Notes: a model not told the origin generated them from the letters alone. A stretch of 64,000 nt of DNA from Lentimonas sp. (GCA_039768155.1 JBDNAY010000018.1:7902-71901); one strand, 5' to 3'. Shown: positions 36,932 through 47,665, counted from the first letter of the stretch. Program-made: numbers and translations.

Positions 36932-38992
36932 ATGGCACTGCACTGGATCGATTGGATTATTATTGGAACGTTGCTCGTCTTATTGCTTGGGATCGCTTTG
37001 TTGAGTAAATCCCTTACTCGCAGTGTAGCTGATTTTCTGGCAGGGAATCGTTGCGCTGGGCGTTATTTGCTGACAATGGCCGATGGAATGGCTGGGCTCG
37101 GAGCCATCACAATTGCAGCAAACTTCGAGCAATTTTATGAGGCTGGTTTCGCTGCCGCATGGTGGGGACAGATATTAGCGCCGATAGGATTAGTTTTAGC
37201 GCTTTCAGGATTCGTTATTTACCGCTACAGAGAAACTCGAGCCATGACGATGGCGCAGTTTTTTGAGGTGAGGTATAGCCGCCGATTTCGAATCTTCGCG
37301 GGTCTGCTCGCATTTGTTTCTGGCATATTGAACTACGGTATTTTTCCAGCCGTCACGGCGCGCTTTATTATTTATTTTTGTGGCTTACCACAGCAAACGG
37401 AGTTCCTGAGTTGGACTTTTCCCACTCTCGCACCAGTTATGTTGGTTTTGCTCTCAATCGCGCTCACGCTAACGCTACTGGGAGGGCAGATCGCAATTAT
37501 CATCACCGATTTTCTACAAGGGCAGTTCGTTCAAATTGTGATTCTCATCACTTTTTTTGTGATGCTCGCGCAGATAAGTTGGGCAGATCTAATCATCGGC
37601 TTGGAGATGGCGCCTGAAGAAGCGTCTCGTATTAACCCCTTCAAACAAGGAGAAACGAAGGGATTCAATGCCGCCTTTTTTCTCATAGTGGCATCGCTAA
37701 ATGTTTATGGCTTCAAGGCTTGGCAAGGCTCGCAGGGGTATAATGCGGCGCCGAAAAGTCCGCATGAAGCTAAGATGGCTAATATCTTAGGCATGTTTCG
37801 CGGGCAGGTGTTATTTTTACTCTCAATGCTCATCCCACTTTTCGTTTTCGCGATGCTCCATTTGCCGGAATTTGCCGTTCATGCGTCTGCCGTAAATGAA
37901 ACTCTAGCTAGCATAGACAGTCCCCAAATACGGGAGCAAATGCGTGTTCCGGCTGGCGTGGCTCAGCTTTTACCAGCAGGTGTTATGGGGTTGTTCGTCG
38001 CTATGATTATCGCAGCTGCGGTCTCGACCGATGATACATACCTGCACTCGTGGGGTTCGATTTTTGTGCAAGATGTTATTATGCCATTCCGAAAGAAACC
38101 TCTCAGCCGGAAGGCGCATCTACGCTCGCTTAGAGGCGCGATCTTCGGAGTCGCCGTCTTCGCATTTATCTTTAGCTTACTTTTCCCGTTGGAAGAGTAT
38201 ATATTCATGTACTTCCAGATTACGGGTGCGATTTATCTAGGAGGTGCTGGTGCCGTAATACTTGGCGGACTTTACTGGAAACGTGGCTCCGTCGAAGGTG
38301 CATGGGCAGCTATGTCGATTGGCTCGACGCTTGCCGTAGTCGGTATCGTCGTGCGCAACATCATCTGGCCGTATTTTTTGCCCAACTGGAAGATAGATTC
38401 GCCAGATATCCAATGGCTGCAGGCTCTACCAGAAACATTTCCTCTAAATGGCGTTCAAATGTCGGGTATTGTCGCGCTTGTGGCCGTCTCCTGCTATGTT
38501 TTATTTTCCCTACTTTCCCGCCGTCCACCAGCAAATATGGACAAGCTGTTACATCGGGGAAAATATGCGGTAGAGACTTTTGAGCGCCACGGGATTGCGC
38601 AGGCGGCAGTCGCAGAGGTTTTAGCCGATGCGGAAGTGTCACTCGATCGACGCCATCTTTTCTGGAAGCGTATCGGAGTGAACAGTGAATTTTCGAAAGG
38701 AGATAAAATTATATATCTTTTTAAAATAGGATTCTCTCTTTTTTTCTTCTTTGCTTTTATCATTGGCAGCTTGACCGCAGTCACCGTCGGCATATCGGAT
38801 GCGAATTGGATTCGCTGGTGGGCTTTCACTGTGATCGCTACGCTCATCCTTGGGGTCGGGAGCACAGTATGGTTCCTGGTGGGCGGCTTTCATGATCTTT
38901 TCTATTTAATAAGAACCCTCCGTGGTGCACTACGCGATGATGCCGACGACGGTTCCGTCCGGAGGGAAGATCATCTTCAGGAGAAAGATTAA
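36932..38992 (+). CDS. Sodium:solute symporter (SSS) family transporter
   Basis: 686 aa with about 14 TM helices. The N-terminal pattern DWIIIGTLLVLLLGIALLS...DFLAGNR is typical of SSS transporters. Confidence 0.8.
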   Translation: MALHWIDWIIIGTLLVLLLGIALLSKSLTRSVADFLAGNRCAGRYLLTMADGMAGLGAITIAANFEQFYEAGFAAAWWGQILAPIGLVLALSGFVIYRYRETRAMTMAQFFEVRYSRRFRIFAGLLAFVSGILNYGIFPAVTARFIIYFCGLPQQTEFLSWTFPTLAPVMLVLLSIALTLTLLGGQIAIIITDFLQGQFVQIVILITFFVMLAQISWADLIIGLEMAPEEASRINPFKQGETKGFNAAFFLIVASLNVYGFKAWQGSQGYNAAPKSPHEAKMANILGMFRGQVLFLLSMLIPLFVFAMLHLPEFAVHASAVNETLASIDSPQIREQMRVPAGVAQLLPAGVMGLFVAMIIAAAVSTDDTYLHSWGSIFVQDVIMPFRKKPLSRKAHLRSLRGAIFGVAVFAFIFSLLFPLEEYIFMYFQITGAIYLGGAGAVILGGLYWKRGSVEGAWAAMSIGSTLAVVGIVVRNIIWPYFLPNWKIDSPDIQWLQALPETFPLNGVQMSGIVALVAVSCYVLFSLLSRRPPANMDKLLHRGKYAVETFERHGIAQAAVAEVLADAEVSLDRRHLFWKRIGVNSEFSKGDKIIYLFKIGFSLFFFFAFIIGSLTAVTVGISDANWIRWWAFTVIATLILGVGSTVWFLVGGFHDLFYLIRTLRGALRDDADDGSVRREDHLQEKD

Positions 38993-38996
38993 TTCT

Positions 38997-39746
38997 ATGC
39001 GCACCGTTGTTCTAGCGTGTTTACTCGCCTCGATTGCTCTGTTCAACATCGCTTGCACAGCAACGAGTCCTTCGGAGTCGGCTACGCTTGCTTCTAATCT
39101 GGACGCACATGCGCGTAGCTATGGAATTGTTAATGAGCCTTTTATGGAATTTGTCTTTAAGCAGGCATGGTTAGAGACGCATGAGGCGATTTTCTTGCCT
39201 GCACTGGCTAGGGTCTATGCTCAGGGTGATGGTCTTATTGTGCTCGCAATACTTCGAGATCGCTCGATCAAAAATACTGCGCATGGCTTTAATCAAAAAA
39301 CATGGACGACTGGCGATGTATTTGAAATTTTCATAGAGGTAAGTCCAGTGTTGTATTACGAGTTTCATGTGACTCCAGAAAATGAGAACCTGCTATTACG
39401 TTGGGATCCGAATCATTTTCAGCAAGTTCGTCGGGGCGAAGCCCAGTTCGAATCAGCTTTGATTGAGAGTCCCGACTTCATTCAAAGTGTAGCCACGATC
39501 AATGCTGAGCGTAATTATTGGACGATTTACGCCTTTATTCCTTACCACCGACTGGATCCAGATGTGGTGCCGGAAAACTTGAACTGGAGAATCGCTTTGG
39601 CCCGTTATGATACAACAGTTGGAAAACCTGTACCCATTCTATCCGCCACGCCTGACTTAACTGAGGAAAATTTCCATGATCGGGTGAAGTGGCACCCCTT
39701 GTTCTTCGGCGCCGAAGGCATTTCAAAGTCGATTGCCGAAGATTAA
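38997..39746 (+). CDS. Lipoprotein, carbohydrate-binding family 9 / DOMON-like
   Basis: Lipobox LFNIAC. GDVFEIFIEVSPVLYYEFHVTPENENLLLRW resembles the CBM9-like pattern. The ATG lies 4 nt after the transporter stop. Confidence 0.6.
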   Translation: MRTVVLACLLASIALFNIACTATSPSESATLASNLDAHARSYGIVNEPFMEFVFKQAWLETHEAIFLPALARVYAQGDGLIVLAILRDRSIKNTAHGFNQKTWTTGDVFEIFIEVSPVLYYEFHVTPENENLLLRWDPNHFQQVRRGEAQFESALIESPDFIQSVATINAERNYWTIYAFIPYHRLDPDVVPENLNWRIALARYDTTVGKPVPILSATPDLTEENFHDRVKWHPLFFGAEGISKSIAED

Positions 39747-39842
39747 ATACCTTCAGTTTTAAGGCAGTTCACTGAAGATCGTATATTCCTTTTAATGTGA
39801 AGTATGCTAAATGCGAATAATTACTCAAATGTTTCTGTGAAT

Positions 39843-40640
39843 TTGTTAAAATATCAGCTCAATAGTTTTTGCTCATACGAATGGTTTCGGCACCTGATGG
39901 TGTAGTTCGATATATTCACGAATCGTCATTTCGATTTCTTTTACCGATCCAAAGCTGTCGCAATCAATTCTCTGCGAGTTGATCAAGCCGAAGAAGCGTT
40001 CAGTTTTATTGAGCTATGAAGTTCTATTTGAGATGATGTGAAGTTGGAAGCGAGGATACGCCATCAACTATTTTCGCGCAACTGCGGTGGAATAGTTGTC
40101 TGCGACTATATGGAAGGTTTTATCGGGTTACTCTGGGTTGGTTTTATCGATGAGCTTCAAGAAGTTCAGGAGCTCCTAATATCGATACTTAGAATAGCAT
40201 TTTCCTGTAAGTTTTTTATTGGAAACCTCAAGTGCAGCGGACAGAGAGGTAGTGCTATGGTGGATGTAATTGTGTGTCTGGCATTCCGGGCGTCCGAGGT
40301 CTAATGGCAGAACTGGTTGTGCGCGTTCGAGTGGCTGTCATTGGGTTGTCGCTTATTCTGATGTGTCCCGATTCAAGTGGACGCATCGCCGATGAGCTAT
40401 TTTTCAGATGCTTGCTAAGTATGTATGGATTTTATGATGGCAGTATTCAAACTATTGGAAAGCCTTGGCCTTGAGTTGGTAACTTGTTGTAATTCGAGAT
40501 CAGTCCATATTTTAGTCCAAAGCCTTTCGTATTCTTCGCTTCTTTTGCTTTTGAGTGACTTGTGCCATTATCTAATCTGGTTTGAATACGGCTCACACTA
40601 CCATTTAAAAAAGTCGTTCGTAAGGACGGCTTTTTTGGGT
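39843..40640 (-). mobile_element. Decayed IS630-family transposase gene (multiple stops and frameshifts)
   Basis: Minus-strand fragments: QPVLPLDLGRPECQTHNYIHHSTTSLSAAL, FLKLIDKTNPE.PDKTFHIVADNYS (DDE region), LNKTERFFGLINSQRI...SFGSVKEIEMTIREYIELHHQVPKPFV*, where TGA sits where Trp is expected. Confidence 0.65.
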
Positions 40641-40875
40641 GTTGAGAATTGGGTGAAGAACCGGCGTTGGTTGTTCCTATTCCCTTCGGGGCGGTCATGT
40701 CAGGTTTCAGCCTCTGAAGACCTAGCGAGTGAAGTGAGCGAAGAAGGGCCACTAGGAGAGTGGTCTTGAGGCGATAAGTCTGTGGTATCAATCTGGCTCT
40801 CGTTACCGCAAATTAGGCGCTCTTATAGACCACGATGAATTACCGCGACTGGACTTGGGATGCAGCCAGTAGTGT

Positions 40876-43800
40876 CTAGGTTACAACCAACACCATCAAC
40901 CGCCACAGGCGCACAGAGAACTCCCGAATGTCCTCTAAGATATTATAGAAAGCTGGCACGAGCACCAAGGTGATAAAGGTGGCGAACAGCACACCGAAGC
41001 TTAGAGAGATCGCCATGGGGATTAGGAACTGAGCTTGTAGGCTGGTTTCGAAGAGGACGGGCAATAGGCCGGCGAATGTGGTTAGCGATGTCAAAATGAT
41101 CGGGCGGAAGCGTAGGGAACCAGACTTTTCAATAGCTTCACGTAGGCTGGTGCCTTCTTTGCGCTCTTGATTGATGAAGTCGACTAGCACGAGACTGTCA
41201 TTCACCACGACCCCGGCGAGGGCGACGAAGCCGAGCACGGAGAGGATACTCATCGGTTGTCCCATGATCATGTGCCCGCCGATTGCGCCGATCAGTCCGA
41301 AGGGGATGACGATCATCACAATGATGGGTTGAATGTAGGATTTCAGCGGGATCGCGAGTAGGGCGTAGATGATGAAGAGGGCGATAAGCGTCATTTGGCC
41401 AAGGCTGGCAAAGATGTCTGCTTGTTCGCGGGCTTCGCCCTCAAAGGTCCAAGAGACGCTTGGGTATTCGGCTAGGGTTTCATCTAAAAAGCTAGGTGTG
41501 ATGACTGGCTCTTTCCAGAACATGAGCGTCTCTTTGAAGCTGCTTTGGGTTTCTCCGCTTAGCGATGCCTTGATCAAGCCCAGGTCGGCGATCCCTTTGT
41601 CGGCATCGGCGGTGATGTTGAGCACGCGGCGTCGGTCGATGCGTGTGATCTTGGAAAACCCTTCGGTTATCTTAAAATCAGCTACGGCATCAAAAGGGAC
41701 TTCTGTGCCATCAGCGGTGCGGATACGCAGGCCTTCTAAATTGTCGACGGATGTGCGTTCATCGATCGGATAGCGAACCATGACTTTGATGTCGTCACGT
41801 CCGCGTTGGATACGCTGTGCTTCAACGCCGTAGAAGGCAGCGCGCACTTGTCTGCCGAGGTCTGCTTGGCGTAGCCCGAGCGGTTCGGCTGACGGATGAA
41901 TGTCTAACTGAATCTCACGTTTCCCGCTGCTGTAGTTGTCCTTGATATCGAACAGTCCCTTGTAGGTCGCGAGTTTTGCCTTGATCGTTTCAGAGGCTGC
42001 TTGGAGCGCTCTGAAATCACGTCCAGTGAGTTGAATGTCAATTGCCATTCCTGCAGCACCTGCGGCGTTGGCGCTGAACGATACTTCCTTCGCTCCCGCG
42101 ATAGGGCCGATGAGTTCACGCCAGCGTTTGGCTAAATTGGGCGCAGAGAGTTCTTCGATGTTACCGCCACCGGGGAGGTCCTCGCGCTTCACCAGTTCGA
42201 GGGCAATCTCGGCGAGGTTGGTATCCCCAGAGCTAAACGATTCGCCCATGGGGCCGCCACTGCCTTCGAAAGGCTGGCCGCCTATCGTTACGACCGCATT
42301 GTCGAAGGGCTCGCCGAGTCCTTTCTCGTTGGTTTCGGCAATCAATTCGTCGAGGCCGCGCTGCATTTGATGAATGGCGCGTGTTGTGAGCTCAATTGGA
42401 GTGCCTTCTGGCATCACGAGCTTGGCTACAATGTAGTCGGAGGGCACTGGCGGGAAAAATACGAAGGGTAGGTGCTTGCCTGCTAGCATGCCAAGCATGA
42501 CGATCAACAACGCAATGAATGTGGCTGCGGTGGCATAGCGAAAACGAATCGCGAGTGCGAGGAATGGGCGGTAGCGGACCTCGATAAAACGTTCAAGTCC
42601 GTCAGCTATTTTGCGCTGCTTGCGTCGCAGCCAACCGATCTTTTCACGCTTGCCTGCGCCGACTTTGCACAAGGTCAAGTGATAGGGGAGCACAAGCTTT
42701 GATTCGATTAGCGACCAGATCAGCGTAGCGATGACGACCACTGGAATTGGGTAGAAGAATTTACCGAGGAACCCTGGGATTGTGAGAATTGGTAGGAACG
42801 CGACGATCGTCGTGAGCACGGCAAAGGTAACTGGAATCGAAACTCTCTTTGTTCCAGCGACAGATGCGGCAACTCCGGGACCACCGTGCTTCTGAAACTG
42901 AGTAAAGACACTTTCACCAACAATGATGGCGTCGTCCACGACGATGCCGAGGACGAGGATAAAGCCGAACAGTGAGGCGAGGTTAATACTGATGCCGAGC
43001 GGGCCGAGGAAGAGCATCGCGCCCAAGAACGAGATTGGAATGCCAAGCATCACGAAGAACGCGAGCGATGGTCGCAGAAAGAGCGTGAGCACGAGGAAGA
43101 CCAATATGAGCCCGAAGACGCCATTCTCGATGAGCATTTGCAGGCGACCTTTTAGGTAGTAAGTGAAGTCGCGGAAGGCTTCGACTTCGATTCCGTTCGG
43201 GAGCTGGCTATCGATGCTCTCGGCAAAGGCTTGCACTTGCGCGGAGACTTCGAGAGCGCTTTGGTCGCCGACCGCGAAGATGCGTAGTAGCACGGCGCGT
43301 TTGCCATTAAATTCGGTGACGAGTGGGTCGTCGACAAAGCCGTCGTCGACATTCGCGATGTCGCGCACACGCACGACCGATCCATCGGCGAGGGTGATGA
43401 CTGGTATCGCGCCAAAGGCTTCGCCTTCGTAGGCCTTGCCAGTGGTGCGCAGCAGGATTTCGCCGCCACGAGATTTGATACTACCTCCAGGAATATCGAC
43501 CGATGAACTGCGAATCGCCTGCACGACGTGGTCGAAGGTGATGCCGTATCTTCGTAGTGAAATCTCGGATACATTGATCGAGATTTCAAATTCAGCGATG
43601 CCCTTAATGTCGACCTGAGTGATATTCTCTTTCGTGTTGAGCTCGTCGCGTATGTATTCGGCGATGTCTTTGAGCGTCTTTGGATCGGCATCGCCGAAGA
43701 TCGCCAGGGAGATGACTTCGTTACGGATGAGCAACTCTTCTACCGTGGGTTCTTCGGCCTCTTCTGGGAAGTTGTCAATCGCATCGACGCGCACTTTGAT

Positions 43801-44115
43801 TTTGTCGGCAACTTCAGTGGCATCATAGCCGCGTTCGACTTCGATCGCGAGTGATCCGTAGCCTTCAGCGGCAGTCGCAGTGATCTTCTTGATGCCTTCC
43901 ACGTCTTGAACGCGGTCTTCAATTAGTTCGATAATGCCTGTCTCGACTTCTTCAGGAGCCGCGCCGGGATAGGGCACGGCGACGCTGACGATGTCTAAGT
44001 CGAGCTCGGGGAATAGTTCGAGTTTTATCGTCAATGCCGAGAAAATCCCGGTAATGATCACGATTCCCGCGAGCAAGTTGGCAGCGACGCCGTTTTCTGT
44101 GAACCAACGAATCAT
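40876..44115 (-). CDS. RND efflux transporter permease
   Basis: 1079 aa with 12-TM RND architecture and the VVDDAIIVGESV motif. It overlaps the upstream adaptor gene by 4 nt. Confidence 0.9.
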   Translation of the reverse strand: MIRWFTENGVAANLLAGIVIITGIFSALTIKLELFPELDLDIVSVAVPYPGAAPEEVETGIIELIEDRVQDVEGIKKITATAAEGYGSLAIEVERGYDATEVADKIKVRVDAIDNFPEEAEEPTVEELLIRNEVISLAIFGDADPKTLKDIAEYIRDELNTKENITQVDIKGIAEFEISINVSEISLRRYGITFDHVVQAIRSSSVDIPGGSIKSRGGEILLRTTGKAYEGEAFGAIPVITLADGSVVRVRDIANVDDGFVDDPLVTEFNGKRAVLLRIFAVGDQSALEVSAQVQAFAESIDSQLPNGIEVEAFRDFTYYLKGRLQMLIENGVFGLILVFLVLTLFLRPSLAFFVMLGIPISFLGAMLFLGPLGISINLASLFGFILVLGIVVDDAIIVGESVFTQFQKHGGPGVAASVAGTKRVSIPVTFAVLTTIVAFLPILTIPGFLGKFFYPIPVVVIATLIWSLIESKLVLPYHLTLCKVGAGKREKIGWLRRKQRKIADGLERFIEVRYRPFLALAIRFRYATAATFIALLIVMLGMLAGKHLPFVFFPPVPSDYIVAKLVMPEGTPIELTTRAIHQMQRGLDELIAETNEKGLGEPFDNAVVTIGGQPFEGSGGPMGESFSSGDTNLAEIALELVKREDLPGGGNIEELSAPNLAKRWRELIGPIAGAKEVSFSANAAGAAGMAIDIQLTGRDFRALQAASETIKAKLATYKGLFDIKDNYSSGKREIQLDIHPSAEPLGLRQADLGRQVRAAFYGVEAQRIQRGRDDIKVMVRYPIDERTSVDNLEGLRIRTADGTEVPFDAVADFKITEGFSKITRIDRRRVLNITADADKGIADLGLIKASLSGETQSSFKETLMFWKEPVITPSFLDETLAEYPSVSWTFEGEAREQADIFASLGQMTLIALFIIYALLAIPLKSYIQPIIVMIVIPFGLIGAIGGHMIMGQPMSILSVLGFVALAGVVVNDSLVLVDFINQERKEGTSLREAIEKSGSLRFRPIILTSLTTFAGLLPVLFETSLQAQFLIPMAISLSFGVLFATFITLVLVPAFYNILEDIREFSVRLWRLMVLVVT

Positions 44116-45272
44116 TCTGAAGTGTTGTCTGGGGTGTCAGTATTGGTTTTGTTCACGACGCTCACATCCATACCTTCGATGTAATAAGCAATGGGACTGG
44201 TGGCAACGCGTTCGCCAGGGTTCAACCCTTTCGAGATAATGACTTGTTTGGCATCGCTTTTGAGGATCTCTACAGTCCGTGTGATGAGTGTGTCGTCGTC
44301 TGTGTGGATATAAACTGTGTTGGAGCCACGAAGCGCGTATCGAGGCAAGGAGTAGGCATCCTGAATGGAGTGGCCTTCGATCTCGGCTTCGACGAATGTG
44401 CCACGTCGTAGTGTTGCCGATTTTGGAGATCCAGCAAAGGGCTTAGGCAGTTCCGCGACGACGTAGAGTAGGCGACTGTTAGGGTTGATGTTGCCTTCAA
44501 TGCGAGCGATTCGTGCCTGCCATTGTGCGTCGGGCACACCATTTGGTAGTGTCAGTGTCACAAAACGCTGTCGCTTGGTTCGATTGTCTAAGAAGGCCGC
44601 TTCGGTCTCGGTAATTGGCAGGCGTATTTCAGCGCTGTCAGTGGAATAGATGCGTGCGATAGGATTTGCGGGGTTCGCGGTGATATATTGCCCGATGTCG
44701 ACGTTTTTGTTGAGCACCGTGCCATCGTAGGGTGCTGTGATCGCTGTTCGATCAAGGTCGCGCTCTGCTTTCTCCAAGGCGGCTTGAGCACTGTAGACCA
44801 TCGTGTTGGCTTGCTTGAGTTGCGGTTTGCGCAGTGTGAGTGGGCTGGCATCGCCTTCGCCGAGTGCTTCCCAATCGGCGGCGGCTTGAGCGGCACGTGC
44901 CTCTTCTTGCGCGAGGGCGAGCTCTGCACTTGCCAGTTCGGCTGCGCGGGCAGCTGTTGCCGCTTTGTAATCTGCTGGGTCGATCCGTATCAGCACGTCG
45001 CCTGTCCGAAAGGAATTGCCGGCGCGAAAGTTACTCGCGACTTCGATTATACGACCGCTGACTTCAGAGATTAGATCGGTTTCGGTTGCGGGTAAAAGTG
45101 TGCCTTGGCTTTTTACTGTCAGCTGAATCGTTTCCGGCTGAACCGTGATCACTTCAACACTCGTGACCGGGCGATCTGGGGCGACGATGGTCGCTTCAGG
45201 TTTGAGGATAAACTGGAAGTAGCCGATGATTCCACCGATAAAAAGAATGATGATAGGGAGCAGTATTTTCAT
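44112..45272 (-). CDS. RND efflux periplasmic adaptor (membrane fusion protein)
   Basis: N-terminal TM, an alpha-hairpin (AARAAELASAELALAQEEARAAQAAADW) and beta-barrel domains. 4-nt overlaps on both sides. Confidence 0.85.
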   Translation of the reverse strand: MKILLPIIILFIGGIIGYFQFILKPEATIVAPDRPVTSVEVITVQPETIQLTVKSQGTLLPATETDLISEVSGRIIEVASNFRAGNSFRTGDVLIRIDPADYKAATAARAAELASAELALAQEEARAAQAAADWEALGEGDASPLTLRKPQLKQANTMVYSAQAALEKAERDLDRTAITAPYDGTVLNKNVDIGQYITANPANPIARIYSTDSAEIRLPITETEAAFLDNRTKRQRFVTLTLPNGVPDAQWQARIARIEGNINPNSRLLYVVAELPKPFAGSPKSATLRRGTFVEAEIEGHSIQDAYSLPRYALRGSNTVYIHTDDDTLITRTVEILKSDAKQVIISKGLNPGERVATSPIAYYIEGMDVSVVNKTNTDTPDNTSE

Positions 45273-46660
45273 AATTGGCTTTCAAAGGAGCCACCAAGGG
45301 CGAGGTAAAGGTCGATGCGATTTTGGACGAGGAGATTGCGCAGGTTGATGAGTCGACTACGCGCTTTGTTGGCAGCGCGCTGGCAGGATAAAAAGTTGAG
45401 AAAGTCGGTGGTGCCGTCGCGGTAGCGTTTCCATGCTAGAGTCTCGGTGGCTTCGGCCTCGTCTGCTGCAAGCGAGAGGAGCGTGTGCTCTTGCTGGAGA
45501 TAACGCTCAGCAGCGAGTGTGGACTCGACTTCGAAGAAAGCTTGCAGGGCAGCTGCACGATAGTTTGCGGCAGCTTGTTCGCGTAGCGCTTGGCTGCGGT
45601 CTATATTGGCTACAATACGTCCACCTTGAAAAATGGGTTGAGTGAGATTGGCCCCGAGCGACCAGACTGAGAAATCGCTATCGAGTAAGTTTTTGAATTC
45701 TTGCGAGGAACTGCCACTGGCTGCAGTGAGACTCATCTTTGGCAACAGATCCTTTCGAGTAGCGAGGAGTTGCATGTCGGCAGCGGCAAGTTGGCGTTCC
45801 GCGGCAATTAGATCCGGTCGGCGATTGAGTAATTCTGCTGGAAGCCCGGCAGGGATGGATTTCGGCTGTGGGACGATTGATTCGCCGGCTTGCGCACTGG
45901 CTTCAGGATAGCGCCCGAGCAGTGCTTCAAGAGCGCGGGCAGCTTGGTCGACCGTGCGCTTTCGGATCTCTACGTCAGCGGCGGACAGGGCTTTCTGTGT
46001 GCGAATTTGCCGAACATCGAGTCCTTCAGTGAGTCCGCGTTGAAAGCGTGCCTCGACGGTCTTGAGGTTGTCGGCATCTGCCTTTGCGGTTCGCTCGGAT
46101 AGAAAGAGTTGTTCGCTGGCCTCGGCGTAGTTGAACCAGCTTTTAGCGACTTGTGCGACGAGAGATAGGCGGGCAGCCTTCAGTTCGGCTTGGCTGGCTT
46201 CGACTTGTGCGATTGCTGCCGAGGTGCGGTTGCGGAGTTGCCCCCAGAGGTCGAGTTCCCAGCTTAGATTGAGCGCGAAGTCGTAATTATCGAAGCGCAC
46301 GCCACCAGTGCTACTGGGACCAAAGGTGCTGATCTTTTGGCGCGTGCTATTCAAGCCGAGTCCAGTTGTCGGTAATTGGTCGGCTCCTGCGATGCGTGCC
46401 TCGGCGATTGCTTGGTCAAAGCGTGCGGCGGTGACTTGAAGGTTTAAATTGTTTGCAAGTGCTTCTTGAGCGAGTGCATCAAGCTGCGGGCTATTTAAAT
46501 CGTGGAGCCAGGGTTCTGGTTGAGTTGAGTCCGTTTGTGAGGTCCAAGTGTTTGGCAGCCGGATGTCGGGCGCCTCGCTTCGTTCCGGTGAAGTGGCACA
46601 GCCTACGGCAGCTAGACTGGCTAAGGCTAGTAGGGGACGAATGTGTGGAAATGATATCAC
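45269..46660 (-). CDS. Efflux outer-membrane factor lipoprotein (TolC/NodT family)
   Basis: Lipobox LAAVGCATSP followed by two tandem OEP repeats. Confidence 0.85.
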   Translation of the reverse strand: MISFPHIRPLLALASLAAVGCATSPERSEAPDIRLPNTWTSQTDSTQPEPWLHDLNSPQLDALAQEALANNLNLQVTAARFDQAIAEARIAGADQLPTTGLGLNSTRQKISTFGPSSTGGVRFDNYDFALNLSWELDLWGQLRNRTSAAIAQVEASQAELKAARLSLVAQVAKSWFNYAEASEQLFLSERTAKADADNLKTVEARFQRGLTEGLDVRQIRTQKALSAADVEIRKRTVDQAARALEALLGRYPEASAQAGESIVPQPKSIPAGLPAELLNRRPDLIAAERQLAAADMQLLATRKDLLPKMSLTAASGSSSQEFKNLLDSDFSVWSLGANLTQPIFQGGRIVANIDRSQALREQAAANYRAAALQAFFEVESTLAAERYLQQEHTLLSLAADEAEATETLAWKRYRDGTTDFLNFLSCQRAANKARSRLINLRNLLVQNRIDLYLALGGSFESQL

Positions 46661-46679
46661 GTGTTATTAAAGTATAAAG

Positions 46680-47342
46680 TTAGTCATGCGCAAAGCCTGC
46701 AGCTGCATAAGCGATGAATTCCGATACCACTCTATCGTAATTTCGTCGCTTAGACTTACTGCCTGATAGATTTTCGAGGATAACTTTGTCGATCGTAGCA
46801 CCTAGCATTGTGCTAATTGAGAGAAAGAATCGGTAATTGAGCGTTTCATCGCTCAGTTCAGGGCAACTACGTTTCAATTGGACTAGGTAGCGCATACTTA
46901 GCTCTTTGAATAAGTCGCGGTGCAAATTACGCATAAAGTCGGCGGGTTCGGTAAAGGCGCGGCCGATCATTTGTATGAGTGCAGGATTGGGGCCCGTACC
47001 CTTACCATCTGACTCAAAGAGAGGACGGAAGAGCGAATCGAAAATCGATGTGACTGGAACTGGTGCCGATCCGTGTTGCGCGATCAGGTTGTCAAGTTGT
47101 TTCAGGCGCGCAGCATTGATCGGTTCGATGCGATCACGAATGACTTCTAGCACCAGGTTCCCCTTTGATCCAAAGTGATAATTCACTGCGGCTAGGTTCA
47201 CTTTGGCTTCACGTGTGACGTCGCGTAAGGTCATCGAGCGAAAGCCTTTTTCAGCAAAAAGCTTCTCGGTAACGCGGATTATCTGCTGGCGGGTTTTATC
47301 ACTAGTTGATGGTGCAGGGCTTTTTGGCATGTTTTTAAACAA
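46680..47342 (-). CDS. TetR/AcrR-family transcriptional regulator
   Basis: N-terminal HTH TRQQIIRVTEKLFAEKGFRSMTLRDVTREAKVNLAAVNYHFGSK. It heads the efflux operon. Confidence 0.9.
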   Translation of the reverse strand: MFKNMPKSPAPSTSDKTRQQIIRVTEKLFAEKGFRSMTLRDVTREAKVNLAAVNYHFGSKGNLVLEVIRDRIEPINAARLKQLDNLIAQHGSAPVPVTSIFDSLFRPLFESDGKGTGPNPALIQMIGRAFTEPADFMRNLHRDLFKELSMRYLVQLKRSCPELSDETLNYRFFLSISTMLGATIDKVILENLSGSKSKRRNYDRVVSEFIAYAAAGFAHD

Positions 47343-47665
47343 TTGTTTGAAAAATTTGGATAGTCAAGCCGTGGTAACGTCGAACGTTTAACTTAAAACG
47401 TCTCATTTTGAATGTTAGAGGCAAGTGTCATTAGTAAAGCAGTGACCTCGGTCGAATGTGCTGACTTTTCAAGATACGGTGCCTTAGAGGGTAAGTTATC
47501 CTTCGTAGTGGATCCGCAAAGCGGTTTCGGCAACTCGTACGTTCATGATGCCGAAACGGATTCCCCGCTCCGCTGCTTGAGAAGCTGTTTCTCCAGCATT
47601 TTGAGATAGTTTTCAAGTGGCGACGCCACGGAAGCGACTAGAACCGGGTTTAACGAGAACTAGAC

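Noticed and set aside
40038-40791. Plus- and minus-strand ORFs of 66-114 aa (40038-40304, 40274-40474, 40425-40769, 40447-40791)
   Set aside because: They overlap the decayed IS630 transposase region and are frame fragments or antisense artefacts of it. None has a recognisable family or start context.
47377-47389. Possible TetR operator AACGT-CGA-ACGTT upstream of the tetR gene
   Set aside because: Each half-site is only 5 bp and the site contains the locally common CGAACG word, so it cannot be distinguished from chance without binding data.
47412-47609. 65-aa ORF with a faint HlyD/MFP-like stretch (FSRYGALEGKLSFVVDP)
   Set aside because: The match is under 20 residues and low-information, so there is not enough to call either a gene or a pseudogene.
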